Position numbers and translations under genes: made by a program. A DNA stretch of 64,000 bases from NCBI GenBank assembly GCA_021325025.1, contig JAJPHZ010000019.1:72862-136861 (forward strand), in the 5' to 3' direction. The stretch comes from Pseudomonadota bacterium (GTDB taxonomy: Bacteria; Desulfobacterota; Binatia; Binatales; Binataceae). Numbering within the stretch: the stretch's first letter is position 1; every line of letters starts with the position of its first letter. Positions 29,441 through 39,224 of the stretch are shown here, piece after piece. Under the pieces are notes generated by a model. The model did not search any database and was not told the origin of the DNA. It saw only the letters and a program-made list of their open reading frames with translations.

Positions 29441-31534
29441 CTACTTGGTGTAGATGTGCAGGTTGAGGTATTCGTCCACGCGGATTTTGTAGGGCGGCGG
29501 GCAGACAGTGGTGGAGTCGGGTTCTTCCACGATTGCCGGACCCGGCACTTCGTCGCCCGGGCGCAGGCGGGCGCGATCGTAGACCGAAGTCTCGGTGAAG
29601 CCGCCCGATTCGGCGAAATAGGCTTTGCGCGTGCCCTTGAGCGCGCGGCGCGCGTTGCCGTCCCCCGCCGGCGCCGCGCTCAGTTGCGGCTTGGGCACGA
29701 CTCCGGTCGCGCGCACGCGGAAATTCACGAACTGGCAGGGGTCGTTGGGCAGCACGCCGTATAACTCGTGGTAGAGGCGGCGGAATCCTTCCTCCGCGGC
29801 GCTCAGCGTGGCGGGGCCGATCGGACCGTCGGGAATCGGCACCGATAGTTCGTGCGATTGATGTTTGAAACGCACGTCAATCATGCGCTGAATGACGATG
29901 TCGCCCTCCGCCACTCCTTGTGCGCGCAGCGCCGCGCGCCCGTTTTGCTCCAGTTCGCCCAGCAATTGCCCGATGCGCCCGGCGTCGGCCTGCCGCCCCT
30001 CCATCAGCAGCGTTGCCACGTAATCCTCGGCCATGTCCGACACCAGCAGGCCCAGCGCGGAGGCAAGCCCCGGCGAAACCGGCACGATCACGTTGGGAAT
30101 CTCGAACTGCTCGGCGACCTTGACCGCATGCACGGGTCCCGCGCCGCCAAACGCCATCACCGCGAACTCCCGCGGGTCGATGCCGCGCTGGATCGTCACC
30201 ACCCGCACCGCCGAGCCCATGTGGGTGTTGGCGATTTCGTATATGCCGCGCGCAGTCTCCACCGCGTCCAACCCCAGCCGCTTGGCCAGCGGCGCAATCG
30301 CCGCCGCGCTGCGCTCGGGGTAGATACGCATCCTGCCGCCCAAAAAATAACCGGGATCCAGATAGCCGAGCAGCAGATTGGCGTCGGTCACGGTGGGCTG
30401 CGCACCGCCGAAACCGTAACAGGCCGGACCCGGCGCCGCGCCCGCACTCAACGGGCCCACCTGCAAGGCGCCGCCCGCGTCCACCCACGCGATGCTGCCG
30501 CCGCCTGCGCCGACTTCGGCCAAATCGATCACCGGAATCTTGATCGGATGGCCGCCCGCGCGCAGGCCCGAACTCAGATGGCTGCCGACGCGGAAGTCGT
30601 GCGTGATGCTCGGCTTGCCGTGGCGAATCAGTCCGGCTTTGGCCGTGGTGCCGCCCATGTCAAAGGAGATGATGTTGGGCTGATTGCACAGCTTGCCCAG
30701 ATGGGTGGCCGCGATAACCCCCGCTGCCGGTCCCGACTCGACGCTGTAGATGGGCTTGCGCGCGACCGCCTGCGCCGACATCACCCCGCCGCTGGACTGC
30801 ATGATCTCGAATGACCCCGCGATCCCCATCCGGCGCAGTTCGCCGTCGAGCGCCTCCACGTAGCTGGAAATCGTGGGACCGACGTACGCCGACATCACGG
30901 TGGTCGAGGCCCGTTCGTACTCGCGAAACTCCGGCCACACCTCGGAGGACAGCGCCACGTAGACGCCGGGCAGATGGCGGCGCACCAACTCCGCCATCGC
31001 GCGCTCATGCGCCGGATTGGCGTACGAATGTAAAAAGCAGATCGCCACCGCTTGCGGCCCCTCGCGCGCCAGCCGCACCAGCCCCTCGCTTGCGGCCCGC
31101 TCCTCAAGCGGCGTCACCACCGCGCCCGCGCGATCGATCCGCTCCTCGACCTCCAGCGTCAGGCGGCGCGAGACCAGCGGCGGCGACTTTTCGATCATCA
31201 CGTCGTAGCGGTCACCGCCTACCACCCGCTCCTTGCCGATTACGAACAAGTCGCCGAAACCCTGGGTGGTGACGTAGGCAACGCGCGAGCCCTTGCGCTC
31301 CAGGATCAGGTTGGTGGCCAGGGTGGTAGCATGCACCACGCGCTGCACCTCTGAGGGCGCGGCCTGGGCCTGTCCCAGCGCGTCGCCGATCGCTGCGATC
31401 ACGCCTTTGGCGGGATTATCGGGAGTGGTCAGCGTCTTGGCGGTGTACAAACGATGGCTTTGCGCCTGCGCCAGCACCACGTCGGTGAAGGTCCCCCCGA
31501 TATCGACCCCGATAAAAAAGTCCGCCCGCGCCAT
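29441..31534 (-). CDS. hyuA: hydantoinase/oxoprolinase family subunit A (HyuA-like, ATP-dependent)
   Basis: MARADFFIGVDIGGTFTDVVL... N-terminus and 697-aa length are typical of hydantoinase A. Confidence 0.85.
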   Translation of the reverse strand: MARADFFIGVDIGGTFTDVVLAQAQSHRLYTAKTLTTPDNPAKGVIAAIGDALGQAQAAPSEVQRVVHATTLATNLILERKGSRVAYVTTQGFGDLFVIGKERVVGGDRYDVMIEKSPPLVSRRLTLEVEERIDRAGAVVTPLEERAASEGLVRLAREGPQAVAICFLHSYANPAHERAMAELVRRHLPGVYVALSSEVWPEFREYERASTTVMSAYVGPTISSYVEALDGELRRMGIAGSFEIMQSSGGVMSAQAVARKPIYSVESGPAAGVIAATHLGKLCNQPNIISFDMGGTTAKAGLIRHGKPSITHDFRVGSHLSSGLRAGGHPIKIPVIDLAEVGAGGGSIAWVDAGGALQVGPLSAGAAPGPACYGFGGAQPTVTDANLLLGYLDPGYFLGGRMRIYPERSAAAIAPLAKRLGLDAVETARGIYEIANTHMGSAVRVVTIQRGIDPREFAVMAFGGAGPVHAVKVAEQFEIPNVIVPVSPGLASALGLLVSDMAEDYVATLLMEGRQADAGRIGQLLGELEQNGRAALRAQGVAEGDIVIQRMIDVRFKHQSHELSVPIPDGPIGPATLSAAEEGFRRLYHELYGVLPNDPCQFVNFRVRATGVVPKPQLSAAPAGDGNARRALKGTRKAYFAESGGFTETSVYDRARLRPGDEVPGPAIVEEPDSTTVCPPPYKIRVDEYLNLHIYTK

Positions 31535-31536
31535 CG

Positions 31537-33192
31537 CTAGTTGAGTCCCGAGCGCAACAGACGGCCGGGCAATTTGCCGCTGTGCCGTCCATGTTCATAG
31601 ACGACCTCGCCGTTAACCAGCGCGTACTCCACGCCTCTTGCGGCCATCACGAAGCGAATCCCGCCGCCGGGAAGATCGCGGCGCAACTCCTGACGCTGGG
31701 CGGAATCGATGGTGTCATAGTCGAAAATCGTGATGTCCGCGGCGAGGCCCGGTGCAAGCCGGCCGCGATCCTTGATTCCCAAAAAGTCGGCCGGTTCCGA
31801 CGTCAGCCGCTTGACCGCCGCCTCCAGGCCGATGACCTGCCGTTGGCGCGACCAGGTGCCCAGCAGGTAGGTCGGATAGCCCGCATCGCAGTGCGAATCC
31901 ACGTGAGCGCCGCCGTCGCTGAGCGCAATCATCACTCGCGGGTCGGCAATAAATGGCGCCATCCGCTGCGAATCCTGGATCATAGTGAACCAGCTCTCCA
32001 GGTCATCCTCGATGCCGAGATCGAGAAAGGCGTCGACGCAGCCGGTACCGCGCTGGGCGGCGATTTGCGCGATGGTCGTGCCTTCGAGCGGTTTGAACTC
32101 GGGTTTTTTTGCGCGTGCGAATTCAAAGCGCTCCCAATTGATGAACGACCCGCGCGGCCCGGCGAGCTTTTCGCGAAACTCATTGCGAAAAGCGGGGTCC
32201 TGATAGATTTGCTTCTGAACCTCGGGCGTCTGATTAAACACCTTGGTCCATGAGGGCGCGATGCTGGCAAAGACCAGGCCCGGACTTCTCAGCGTGAATT
32301 CAAACAGCGTGGGCGTGCAGCGGATCTGAGGAATCGCACCGCGCGCCACCAGCGGTTCCACCTTGCGCAGCATCTCTTCCCCATCGACCGCAAGCCAGGT
32401 TACCGGCCGGCTGCTTTCGCTCAACAGCATCTCAAGCAACGCCCATTCCTCGGGCGAAATTTGCCCGCGCGTGCGGGTCAGCGCGACCTCGATTACACCC
32501 CGACCCAGTTCCTTGAGCACGCCCGCGTAAGCACGCAGTTCGTCGTTGCTGGCCAGGCGGCAGGCCAGCGGACGCCCCTTGTAGCCGGCATGCTGAAGCG
32601 TATTGGTGGTGGAAATGCCGTAGGCGCCCGCGGCCAGCGCCTGGCGCAACAGCGCGCGAATCTGCGCGATTTCCGGCGCGCGCGCCGCCCGCTCCATCGA
32701 TTCCTCTCCCATCACGAAATGACGAAACGGCGTAAGCGGCGCGAAGCATCCCACGTTGATCGCGCCGCCGCGCCGCGCGTGGGCGTCCATGAAGTCGGGA
32801 AAGCTCACCCAATCCCAGCTAACACCCTGCTGCAGAACCTCGAATGGAATGCCTTCGACGTTAACCAAATCCCAGGCCACCACTTCGTGGTTCTCGGGGC
32901 GGCATGGCGCGATCCCAACACCGCAGTTGCCGGTGATTACGGTGGTCACACCGTGCCATGATGAACAGCTCAGCTGGGGATCCCAGCAAATTTGCGCGTC
33001 ATAATGCGTGTGCGGATCGATGAAGCCGGGCGCCACGATCAGATCGGAGGCGTCGATGGTTCGTTTTGCCGAATCCTTGATCTTCCCGATCTTGGCAATC
33101 CTGTCCCCGGCGACGGCTATATCGGCCGCATAACTGGGACGGCCGCTGCCGTCGACCACGACGCCATTCCTTATCAGCAAGTCGTAAGTCAT
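31537..33192 (-). CDS. N-acyl-D-amino-acid deacylase (D-aminoacylase) family amidohydrolase
   Basis: MTYDLLIRNGVVVDGSG...APGFIDPHTHYD...ITGNCGV is the D-aminoacylase signature. Confidence 0.8.
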   Translation of the reverse strand: MTYDLLIRNGVVVDGSGRPSYAADIAVAGDRIAKIGKIKDSAKRTIDASDLIVAPGFIDPHTHYDAQICWDPQLSCSSWHGVTTVITGNCGVGIAPCRPENHEVVAWDLVNVEGIPFEVLQQGVSWDWVSFPDFMDAHARRGGAINVGCFAPLTPFRHFVMGEESMERAARAPEIAQIRALLRQALAAGAYGISTTNTLQHAGYKGRPLACRLASNDELRAYAGVLKELGRGVIEVALTRTRGQISPEEWALLEMLLSESSRPVTWLAVDGEEMLRKVEPLVARGAIPQIRCTPTLFEFTLRSPGLVFASIAPSWTKVFNQTPEVQKQIYQDPAFRNEFREKLAGPRGSFINWERFEFARAKKPEFKPLEGTTIAQIAAQRGTGCVDAFLDLGIEDDLESWFTMIQDSQRMAPFIADPRVMIALSDGGAHVDSHCDAGYPTYLLGTWSRQRQVIGLEAAVKRLTSEPADFLGIKDRGRLAPGLAADITIFDYDTIDSAQRQELRRDLPGGGIRFVMAARGVEYALVNGEVVYEHGRHSGKLPGRLLRSGLN

Positions 33193-33228
33193 GAGGAGTT
33201 CCTCCCGCCAGATAGAGCTGTGCCGCCA

Positions 33229-34968
33229 TTAGCGACTGGCTGTCAGATCGGCCCTGAGTTTGGCGGTTGCGCTTGCGTCAACCTCGAAGGTTATCGGATC
33301 AACGATCACGCCGTATTCGCGTGCCGCAGCCTCGACCGACACTGCCCCCGCGGCTACATCCGCCGCCACCCGTTCGGGATCCCGCTTGTTCGGATCGCCG
33401 AAACCGCCGCCGCCGGAGACAAACATGCTCAAGGTATCGCCAGCATGCAGCGGCTGATTGGTCTTCTTGCTGGGCAGATTGACCTGGGCGACGGTTCCCA
33501 GGTTGATTACCCATCCGCCGCCCTTTCCCGGTTTGCCGCCCATGATGCCGGGCGGCGGAATGCGGCATCGGTCCGCAGCGCGCACGGTGACTTCGGCGTC
33601 TTCCAGTACCGTGACTTCGCGATGCAGCCCCAGGCCGCCGCGCCATCGGCCCGGACCTCCGGAGTCGGTCCACAGCCCAAAGCGTCTGAACCTCACCGGA
33701 TACTCGATTTCATAGGCTTCCACGCTGGGACGGTCGGCGCCGCCGAACAGGCTGATCGGCATGCCGTCCAAGCCGTCCTTTACCGAGCGGGCGCCCATCG
33801 AGCCGATTACCGGGTCCATGTAGCTCCACATCCGTCCGCTGGATCGGTCCACGCCGTTCATCGTATAGACGTGCACGTTGCCCGAGGCGGCCAGCGCGCG
33901 GTCGGGAAGCGCCTGGGAAAGGGCCTGGAAAATCGCGTCGATCACCGCCTGCACCGTGGCCATGCGCGCGTTGCACGCGGCCGGCGGGGTGGGATTGACC
34001 ATCGTGCCCGGCGGCAGCGTAAACGTCAGCGGCCGGAAGCATCCCTCGTTCATCGGAATCGAGGGCTCAAGGAAGCATCGCAGCGCGTACACCACGCCCG
34101 ACAGCGCCTGCGAGAACGCCGCATTGATCGCGCCGCGCGCCTGGCGGTCGGTACCGGTGAAATCGAAATGACAATCCGAACCCTTGACCGTGACGGCAAC
34201 GCGCACGGTGTAGGTCTTGTCCGGCACCACGCCGTCGTCCTCGATCACGTAGGAGCCATGATAAGTGCCGGGCGGGATTTTGGCGATCTCGGCGCGGGTC
34301 AGGCGCTCGGTGTAATCCAGCAGTTCGCCGACCAGGGTCTGCAACCGCTCCAGGCCGTATTTGTCGATCAGTTCAAGCAGCCGCCGCGCGCCGACGTTGG
34401 TGCCGCCCACCATCGAGCGGATGTCGCCCATGACTTTTTCCGGCGTGCGGCTGTTCGCGGAAATGATCCGGACCAGGTCGTCGTTGAGGCGTCCGCCGTC
34501 GTAAAGTTTGACCGGCGGCAGCATCAGCCCTTCATGGAAATATTCAGTGGCGGTGGCCGGCAGGCCGCCCGCGGAAAGCCCGCCGAGGTCGGCAACATGG
34601 ATCAGGGCTGAGGTCAGAAAGCAGGGTTTACCGGCGCTGAACACCGGCTTGAACACCATGATGTCGTTGGAATGAATGCCGCCGCGGAACTGGTCGTTGA
34701 ACAGAAAAACGTCGCCGTCCTTCATCGTCTCGGGCGGGAAGTCCTTCATCAGCTCACGCGGCGACCAGCGCAGGCTCGACAGATGCATCAGTGGGGCACC
34801 CAGCGACTGCGCAATGACCTGCCCGGCGCAGTCGCAGACGGCGGCGCTGGCGTCGGCCGACTCCTTGACCGCGGTGGAATAGGCACTGCGCACGGCGACG
34901 ATCCCGATCTCTTCGGCGATGGTTCCCAGCGCGTTCTTTATCACTTCGAGCAGAACCGGATCGTGCAC
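33229..34968 (-). CDS. hyuB: hydantoinase/oxoprolinase family subunit B (HyuB-like)
   Basis: VHDPVLLEVIKNALG... is the HyuB-type N-terminus. AAAGGAGGG SD precedes the GTG at 34968. The longer 34986 start has no SD. Confidence 0.8.
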   Translation of the reverse strand: MHDPVLLEVIKNALGTIAEEIGIVAVRSAYSTAVKESADASAAVCDCAGQVIAQSLGAPLMHLSSLRWSPRELMKDFPPETMKDGDVFLFNDQFRGGIHSNDIMVFKPVFSAGKPCFLTSALIHVADLGGLSAGGLPATATEYFHEGLMLPPVKLYDGGRLNDDLVRIISANSRTPEKVMGDIRSMVGGTNVGARRLLELIDKYGLERLQTLVGELLDYTERLTRAEIAKIPPGTYHGSYVIEDDGVVPDKTYTVRVAVTVKGSDCHFDFTGTDRQARGAINAAFSQALSGVVYALRCFLEPSIPMNEGCFRPLTFTLPPGTMVNPTPPAACNARMATVQAVIDAIFQALSQALPDRALAASGNVHVYTMNGVDRSSGRMWSYMDPVIGSMGARSVKDGLDGMPISLFGGADRPSVEAYEIEYPVRFRRFGLWTDSGGPGRWRGGLGLHREVTVLEDAEVTVRAADRCRIPPPGIMGGKPGKGGGWVINLGTVAQVNLPSKKTNQPLHAGDTLSMFVSGGGGFGDPNKRDPERVAADVAAGAVSVEAAAREYGVIVDPITFEVDASATAKLRADLTASR

Positions 34969-35155
34969 AAGCCCTCCTTTCCGCACCGCCTTTGCGGGTC
35001 CGCAATTAGTTCCAAATGGAAATAATTCTTCGTACTCCTAGCCCCATCCGAACGCGATGTCAAGGGCTCGAAAACCTCGCTGGCGCCGCTCCTGCGTTGG
35101 TTAGCCGGTAGGACATCGCCATTGCTTGCAAAGGTTGGAGATTTTTCCGCTGTGT

Positions 35156-35203
35156 TTGAATAGATTCAACTGCAAGCATATCAATTGATTCCAGGCGTAT
35201 AAT
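35156..35203. promoter_or_regulatory. candidate MarR operator palindromes and a -10 box in the marR/hyuB divergent intergenic region
   Basis: Inverted repeat TTGAAT-ag-ATTCAA (35156-35169). Perfect palindrome ATCAATTGAT (35180-35189). TATAAT at 35198-35203, 11 nt before the marR ATG. A third palindrome TTCCAAATGGAA lies at 35010-35021. Confidence 0.4.
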
Positions 35204-35214
35204 GACGGGGTTTT

Positions 35215-35898
35215 ATGACGGGGCGGAACACTTCCCAGTGCGACTTCGTGGATCGGCTCGAGGACGAGTGGCGCAAGAAGCTTTTCAACTTCTCGATGCT
35301 GCCGCTGGCGGTCGGTGCGCGTCTGCAGCGCGCCGCCTTTTACATCGAGAGCCACATCGCACGACTGGCAGCGATGTGCGGGCTTAATTCGCGGGAGTTT
35401 ATGGCTTTGAGCGCGCTGTGGCGTTCGGGTCCGCCGTTCGCGCTCAATCCGATGCAACTGCTGGAGGAATATTTCGTTCCCGCCGCCACGCTGACCAGAC
35501 AATTGGATCGTCTTGCCGCTTTGGGGCTTGTGGAGCGTAAACCCGATCCCGATGACCGCCGCGCAATCCTGGTTCGGTTGACTCGCAGAGGGTACAAGCT
35601 GGTCGACGCAACGATGCACCGCCATACGGCCAACCAGCCGGAGTTCAAAGCGCTTGAACAATTGAGCACGCGCGAACTTGAGACCCTCAACGGGCTGCTG
35701 CGCAAAACCTTACTGCTGTTCGAGCGGCAGGCCAGCCTGCGCTCCGCCCGTCCGCGCACCAACAGGTACAAGGTCACGACACCGCCCAAGCCAAAGCTCA
35801 AAGTGCATCAGCCCGCTGGCCGCCTGACACATCGGGGTGCAGGCCGGCAGGCCAAAGCGCCCGGCTCTCGCAGCCGCAACGAGAGGACCCCTGCCTAA
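35215..35898 (+). CDS. MarR-family transcriptional regulator with a long C-terminal tail
   Basis: Winged-helix region LNSREFMALSALWRSG...LTRQLDRLAALGLVERKPDPDDRRAILVRLTRRG is classic MarR. It is divergent from the hyu operon. Confidence 0.75.
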   Translation: MTGRNTSQCDFVDRLEDEWRKKLFNFSMLPLAVGARLQRAAFYIESHIARLAAMCGLNSREFMALSALWRSGPPFALNPMQLLEEYFVPAATLTRQLDRLAALGLVERKPDPDDRRAILVRLTRRGYKLVDATMHRHTANQPEFKALEQLSTRELETLNGLLRKTLLLFERQASLRSARPRTNRYKVTTPPKPKLKVHQPAGRLTHRGAGRQAKAPGSRSRNERTPA

Positions 35899-35988
35899 GG
35901 GGTGCGGCGCAACTCACCGGTCCCGGTGCTCCGCACGCCCGACGTTGGCCAACCCGACTCGCTAGCGGCGCTTTCAGGGTTTGACCAG

Positions 35989-36522
35989 TCATCGGAGCCG
36001 CTGCACGTCCCGGTAACGGAAGCAGCTCACCAGGTGGTCGTTGACCATCCCGACCGCCTGCATGAACGCGTAGCAGATGGTGGAGCCGACGAAGTTGAAA
36101 CCGCGCTTGCGCAAATCCTTGCTGAGCGCGTCGGACAGCGGCGTGTGCGCCGGTATTTCCCGCATCGTGCGGCGCGCGTTGACCACCGGCTTGCCATCGA
36201 CGAAGCGCCACACATAGGTGTGGAAAGCGCCGAACTCCTCGCGCACCCTGAGCAGCGCCCGGGCGTTGCCGACTGCCGACTCCAGCTTGAGCCGGTTGCG
36301 GATCAGTCCGGGATCCCTCAACAATCGCTCCAGCGCGCGGTGATCGAACGCCGCCACCGCCTCGGGATCAAAGCCGGCGAACGCCGCCCGGTAGTTGGCG
36401 CGCTTCTTCAGCACGGTTTCCCAACTCAGCCCCGCCTGCGCCCCTTCCAGGCAGAGGAATTCAAACAGGATGCGATCGTCGTGCACCGGCACGCCCCATT
36501 CCTCGTCATGATAGCGGGTCAT
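35989..36522 (-). CDS. tag: DNA-3-methyladenine glycosylase I
   Basis: MTRYHDEEWGVPVHDDRILFEFLCLEGAQAGLSWETVLKKR... matches the Tag N-terminus, with zinc-binding Cys/His near the C-terminus. Confidence 0.85.
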   Translation of the reverse strand: MTRYHDEEWGVPVHDDRILFEFLCLEGAQAGLSWETVLKKRANYRAAFAGFDPEAVAAFDHRALERLLRDPGLIRNRLKLESAVGNARALLRVREEFGAFHTYVWRFVDGKPVVNARRTMREIPAHTPLSDALSKDLRKRGFNFVGSTICYAFMQAVGMVNDHLVSCFRYRDVQRLR

Positions 36523-36689
36523 CAACTCGCCTCCCGCCCATCCGCATCGCCTTGGCATCTCCCTAGCCATCGATATCCCCGGCCGCCTGTACTTTATGCG
36601 ACTTCATCGGTCTGATAAGGTTGAATAAGGGCGGGGCGCGCAGGGCGCGCAGGGCGCGAATGCCCGCCGTTTGCAAAAACAATCCGCCG

Positions 36690-37232
36690 ATGGCGCTGCT
36701 TAAGATACGTACCTATCCTGACCCCGTGCTCAAAGAGACGGCCAAGGAGGTCAGAGACATCGATGGCCGCATCAACGCGCTGGTCGACAGCATGGTCCAG
36801 ACCATGTATGCGGCTCCGGGCATCGGCCTGGCCGCGCCGCAAGTGGGCGAGTCGCGCCGCCTGGTGGTGATCGACATCGACCATCAGAACCCCGGCAAGC
36901 GGCTGCTCAAGCTGATCAATCCGCAAATCATCGAACGCAACGGCGTGATCACCTGGGAGGAGGGCTGTCTTTCGGTGGTCGATTACAACGCCGAAGTCAA
37001 ACGCTCCGCACAGGTGCTGGTGCGATCCTACACGCCCGAGCAGAAGGAAATCGAGATCGAGGCCGACGGTTTGCTGGCGGTTGTGCTGCAGCACGAAATC
37101 GATCATCTCGACGGCAAGCTGTTCATCGATCGGATCAGCCGCATCAAGCGCGAACTCTACCGGCGCAAGCTCCTCAAAGCGCTCAAGGAGGGCAAGAGCG
37201 ATGGAGAACGGCCCTCCAGTCCCCGCCTCTAA
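36690..37232 (+). CDS. def: peptide deformylase
   Basis: GIGLAAPQ (motif 1), EGCLS (motif 2) and HEIDHLDG (motif 3). Confidence 0.9.
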   Translation: MALLKIRTYPDPVLKETAKEVRDIDGRINALVDSMVQTMYAAPGIGLAAPQVGESRRLVVIDIDHQNPGKRLLKLINPQIIERNGVITWEEGCLSVVDYNAEVKRSAQVLVRSYTPEQKEIEIEADGLLAVVLQHEIDHLDGKLFIDRISRIKRELYRRKLLKALKEGKSDGERPSSPRL

Positions 37233-38187
37233 GCCCTTTGCGATCGTCTTCATGGGCACGCCCGCGCTGGCGGCCCATATCCTAAGGCGCCTGCTCGACG
37301 CTCGCGATATTCCGGCGCGCGTGGTGGCGGCGATAACGCGGCCGGACCAACCACGGGGGCGCGGCCTCAAGCTGCATCCCTCGGAGGTGGCGCAGGTGGC
37401 GGCCGCTTATGGCCTGCCGGTTCTCAAGCCGACTAAAATCCGCACCGCCGAATTTCTCGACCAGTTAAAGTCCTATCGGCCCGACCTGCTGGTGGTCGCC
37501 GCCTATGGCCGTATCCTGCCCCCAGCCGTGCTGCAGGCTGCGGCGCTGATGCCGATCAACGTGCACGCCTCGCTGCTGCCGCGCCATCGCGGAGCTGCCC
37601 CGATTCAGGGCGCGCTGCTGGCTGGCGACAAGATTACCGGCGTCACCATCATGCGGATGGTCGAGCAGATGGACGCGGGTCCAATCCTGCTCCAGCGCCA
37701 AATCCCGATCGCACCCGACGAGACGCAGGCGACGTTGACCGAGCGCCTGGCAGAGTTGGGCGCGCAGGCGCTGTTGGAAGCGCTCGACGCCCTGGCGCGC
37801 GGTTCTTTGCATGAAACGCCACAGGACGAGAGTCAGGCAACCTACACCGCGATCGTCAAGAAGGAGGACGCGCGCATCGATTGGCGCCTGCCGGCCGAGC
37901 AAATCGAGCGGATCGTGCGCGCGTACGATCCGTGGCCGGTGGCATTTACCGAATACAGAGGCGAGGAACTGAGGATCTACCGCGCCGCCGCACTCGAAGA
38001 TGCGGGCGGCCAGCCGGCCCCGCCCGGAACGATCCTGGAAGCAAAAGGGCCGCCGATTGTGCAGTGTGGAACGGGAAGACTGCGCTTGCTGGAGGTCCAG
38101 GCGGCGGGCCGCAAGCGCATGCAGGGCGACGACTACGCCCGCGGCCGGCGCCTTGCAGCCGGAGATCGGCTGGGCGCCAATCAATAA
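37201..38187 (+). CDS. fmt: methionyl-tRNA formyltransferase
   Basis: IVFMGTPALA N-terminus, the SLLPRHRGAAPIQ motif and a C-terminal Fmt domain. It overlaps def. Start set at 37201; 37252 (MGTP) is the alternative. Confidence 0.85.
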   Translation: MENGPPVPASKPFAIVFMGTPALAAHILRRLLDARDIPARVVAAITRPDQPRGRGLKLHPSEVAQVAAAYGLPVLKPTKIRTAEFLDQLKSYRPDLLVVAAYGRILPPAVLQAAALMPINVHASLLPRHRGAAPIQGALLAGDKITGVTIMRMVEQMDAGPILLQRQIPIAPDETQATLTERLAELGAQALLEALDALARGSLHETPQDESQATYTAIVKKEDARIDWRLPAEQIERIVRAYDPWPVAFTEYRGEELRIYRAAALEDAGGQPAPPGTILEAKGPPIVQCGTGRLRLLEVQAAGRKRMQGDDYARGRRLAAGDRLGANQ

Positions 38188-38286
38188 GTTTGTGGTGAGG
38201 CGGACGTCGCTGCCCGCCGCCGATGCGCCATCGTTGCTGGTCGCGCTGCCTTCAAAGAAACTTGAAGGGTTTCGCTTACCGGCCTG

Positions 38287-38856
38287 CTACGCCATGTGCT
38301 CGACCGTGAACAGTATCGCAAGCACGATCAGAATCACGCCGGCGGCGCGTTCGGCACCCTTCTCATAGCGCTCGCCCAGCCGCGCGCCGAATTCCAGGCC
38401 CACAAAGGTGAAAATCGTGGTGCTGATCGAAACCGTGATCAGCAGCGGGACGAGCGGAATCGACACTCCGGGCAGCGCAAAGCCGACCCCCAGCGAATCC
38501 AGACTGATCGACAGCGAAGTCAGCAGCAGCCCCGCGCCGCGCGTTGCGTCGAATTTGGTTTCGACGTCGTCATGCACCGACCCGCGGAGCATCAAGACAC
38601 CAACCACAGCGAGCAAAGCGAAACCGGCGTAGGCGGCGACTTCGCCGATCATCCGGCCCAGTCCGGCGCCCAGCCCGAATCCCACCACCTGCATGATGAT
38701 CTCGGAGCTGGCGAACGCCACGCCCACGCGCACGCTGGCGTCCCATGCCAGCCGCGCCACACCGACTCCCACCGACACCGCCAGCACATCGAGGCCGACG
38801 GCAATCGCAACCGAAATCACCTTGGCGAGCACAATCAGGTCGGAATGCAGATCCAT
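38287..38856 (-). CDS. mntP: manganese efflux pump MntP family (DUF204) membrane protein
   Basis: 189-aa hydrophobic protein built from two DUF204-type repeats (LAVSVGVG..; SLDSLGVGFAL). Confidence 0.65.
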   Translation of the reverse strand: MDLHSDLIVLAKVISVAIAVGLDVLAVSVGVGVARLAWDASVRVGVAFASSEIIMQVVGFGLGAGLGRMIGEVAAYAGFALLAVVGVLMLRGSVHDDVETKFDATRGAGLLLTSLSISLDSLGVGFALPGVSIPLVPLLITVSISTTIFTFVGLEFGARLGERYEKGAERAAGVILIVLAILFTVEHMA

Positions 38857-38929
38857 GACCGTGCAATCCTAGCATGAGGCATCGGCGTAATACGCCGGCG
38901 CCGCATCGCGGGGCACGGTTGACTTGAAC

Positions 38930-39080
38930 GCCATCAAATAATACCTGTTGTCCAGCCCGGTGTTCGGGAAGTCCGGTGCGAATCCGGCGCTGCCCCGCAA
39001 CTGTCAGGGGGAACGAAGGCCCATCATGCCACCGAGAAATTCGGGAAGGCGGGCCGGAGGATGAACCCCAAGCCAGGAAA
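38930..39080 (+). ncRNA. cobalamin (B12) riboswitch
   Basis: GGGAAGUCCGGUGCGAAUCCGGCGCUGCCCCGCAACUGUCAGGG core followed by GCCACCGAGAAAUUCGGGAAGGCGGGCC (B12 box). A GUCUUCC-GCGG-GGAAGAC hairpin lies downstream, before the btuB-like start. Confidence 0.8.
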
Positions 39081-39224
39081 CCGGCCGGGTGAGACGAGCC
39101 GCATGGTCTTCCGCGGGGAAGACGGCTGCGGACCCCGGTTACAGCTCACGTCGCACGCACCCCAGGGTCTGAGCCTCGCCCGTGGACCGCGCGGCCTTAG
39201 CCCCAGGTCTACGAGGTGAAGACG

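Noticed and set aside
36631-36660. Short tandem GCGCAGGG repeats upstream of def
   Set aside because: Only about 2.5 copies in a GC-rich spacer; most likely simple slippage-type sequence with no evident function.
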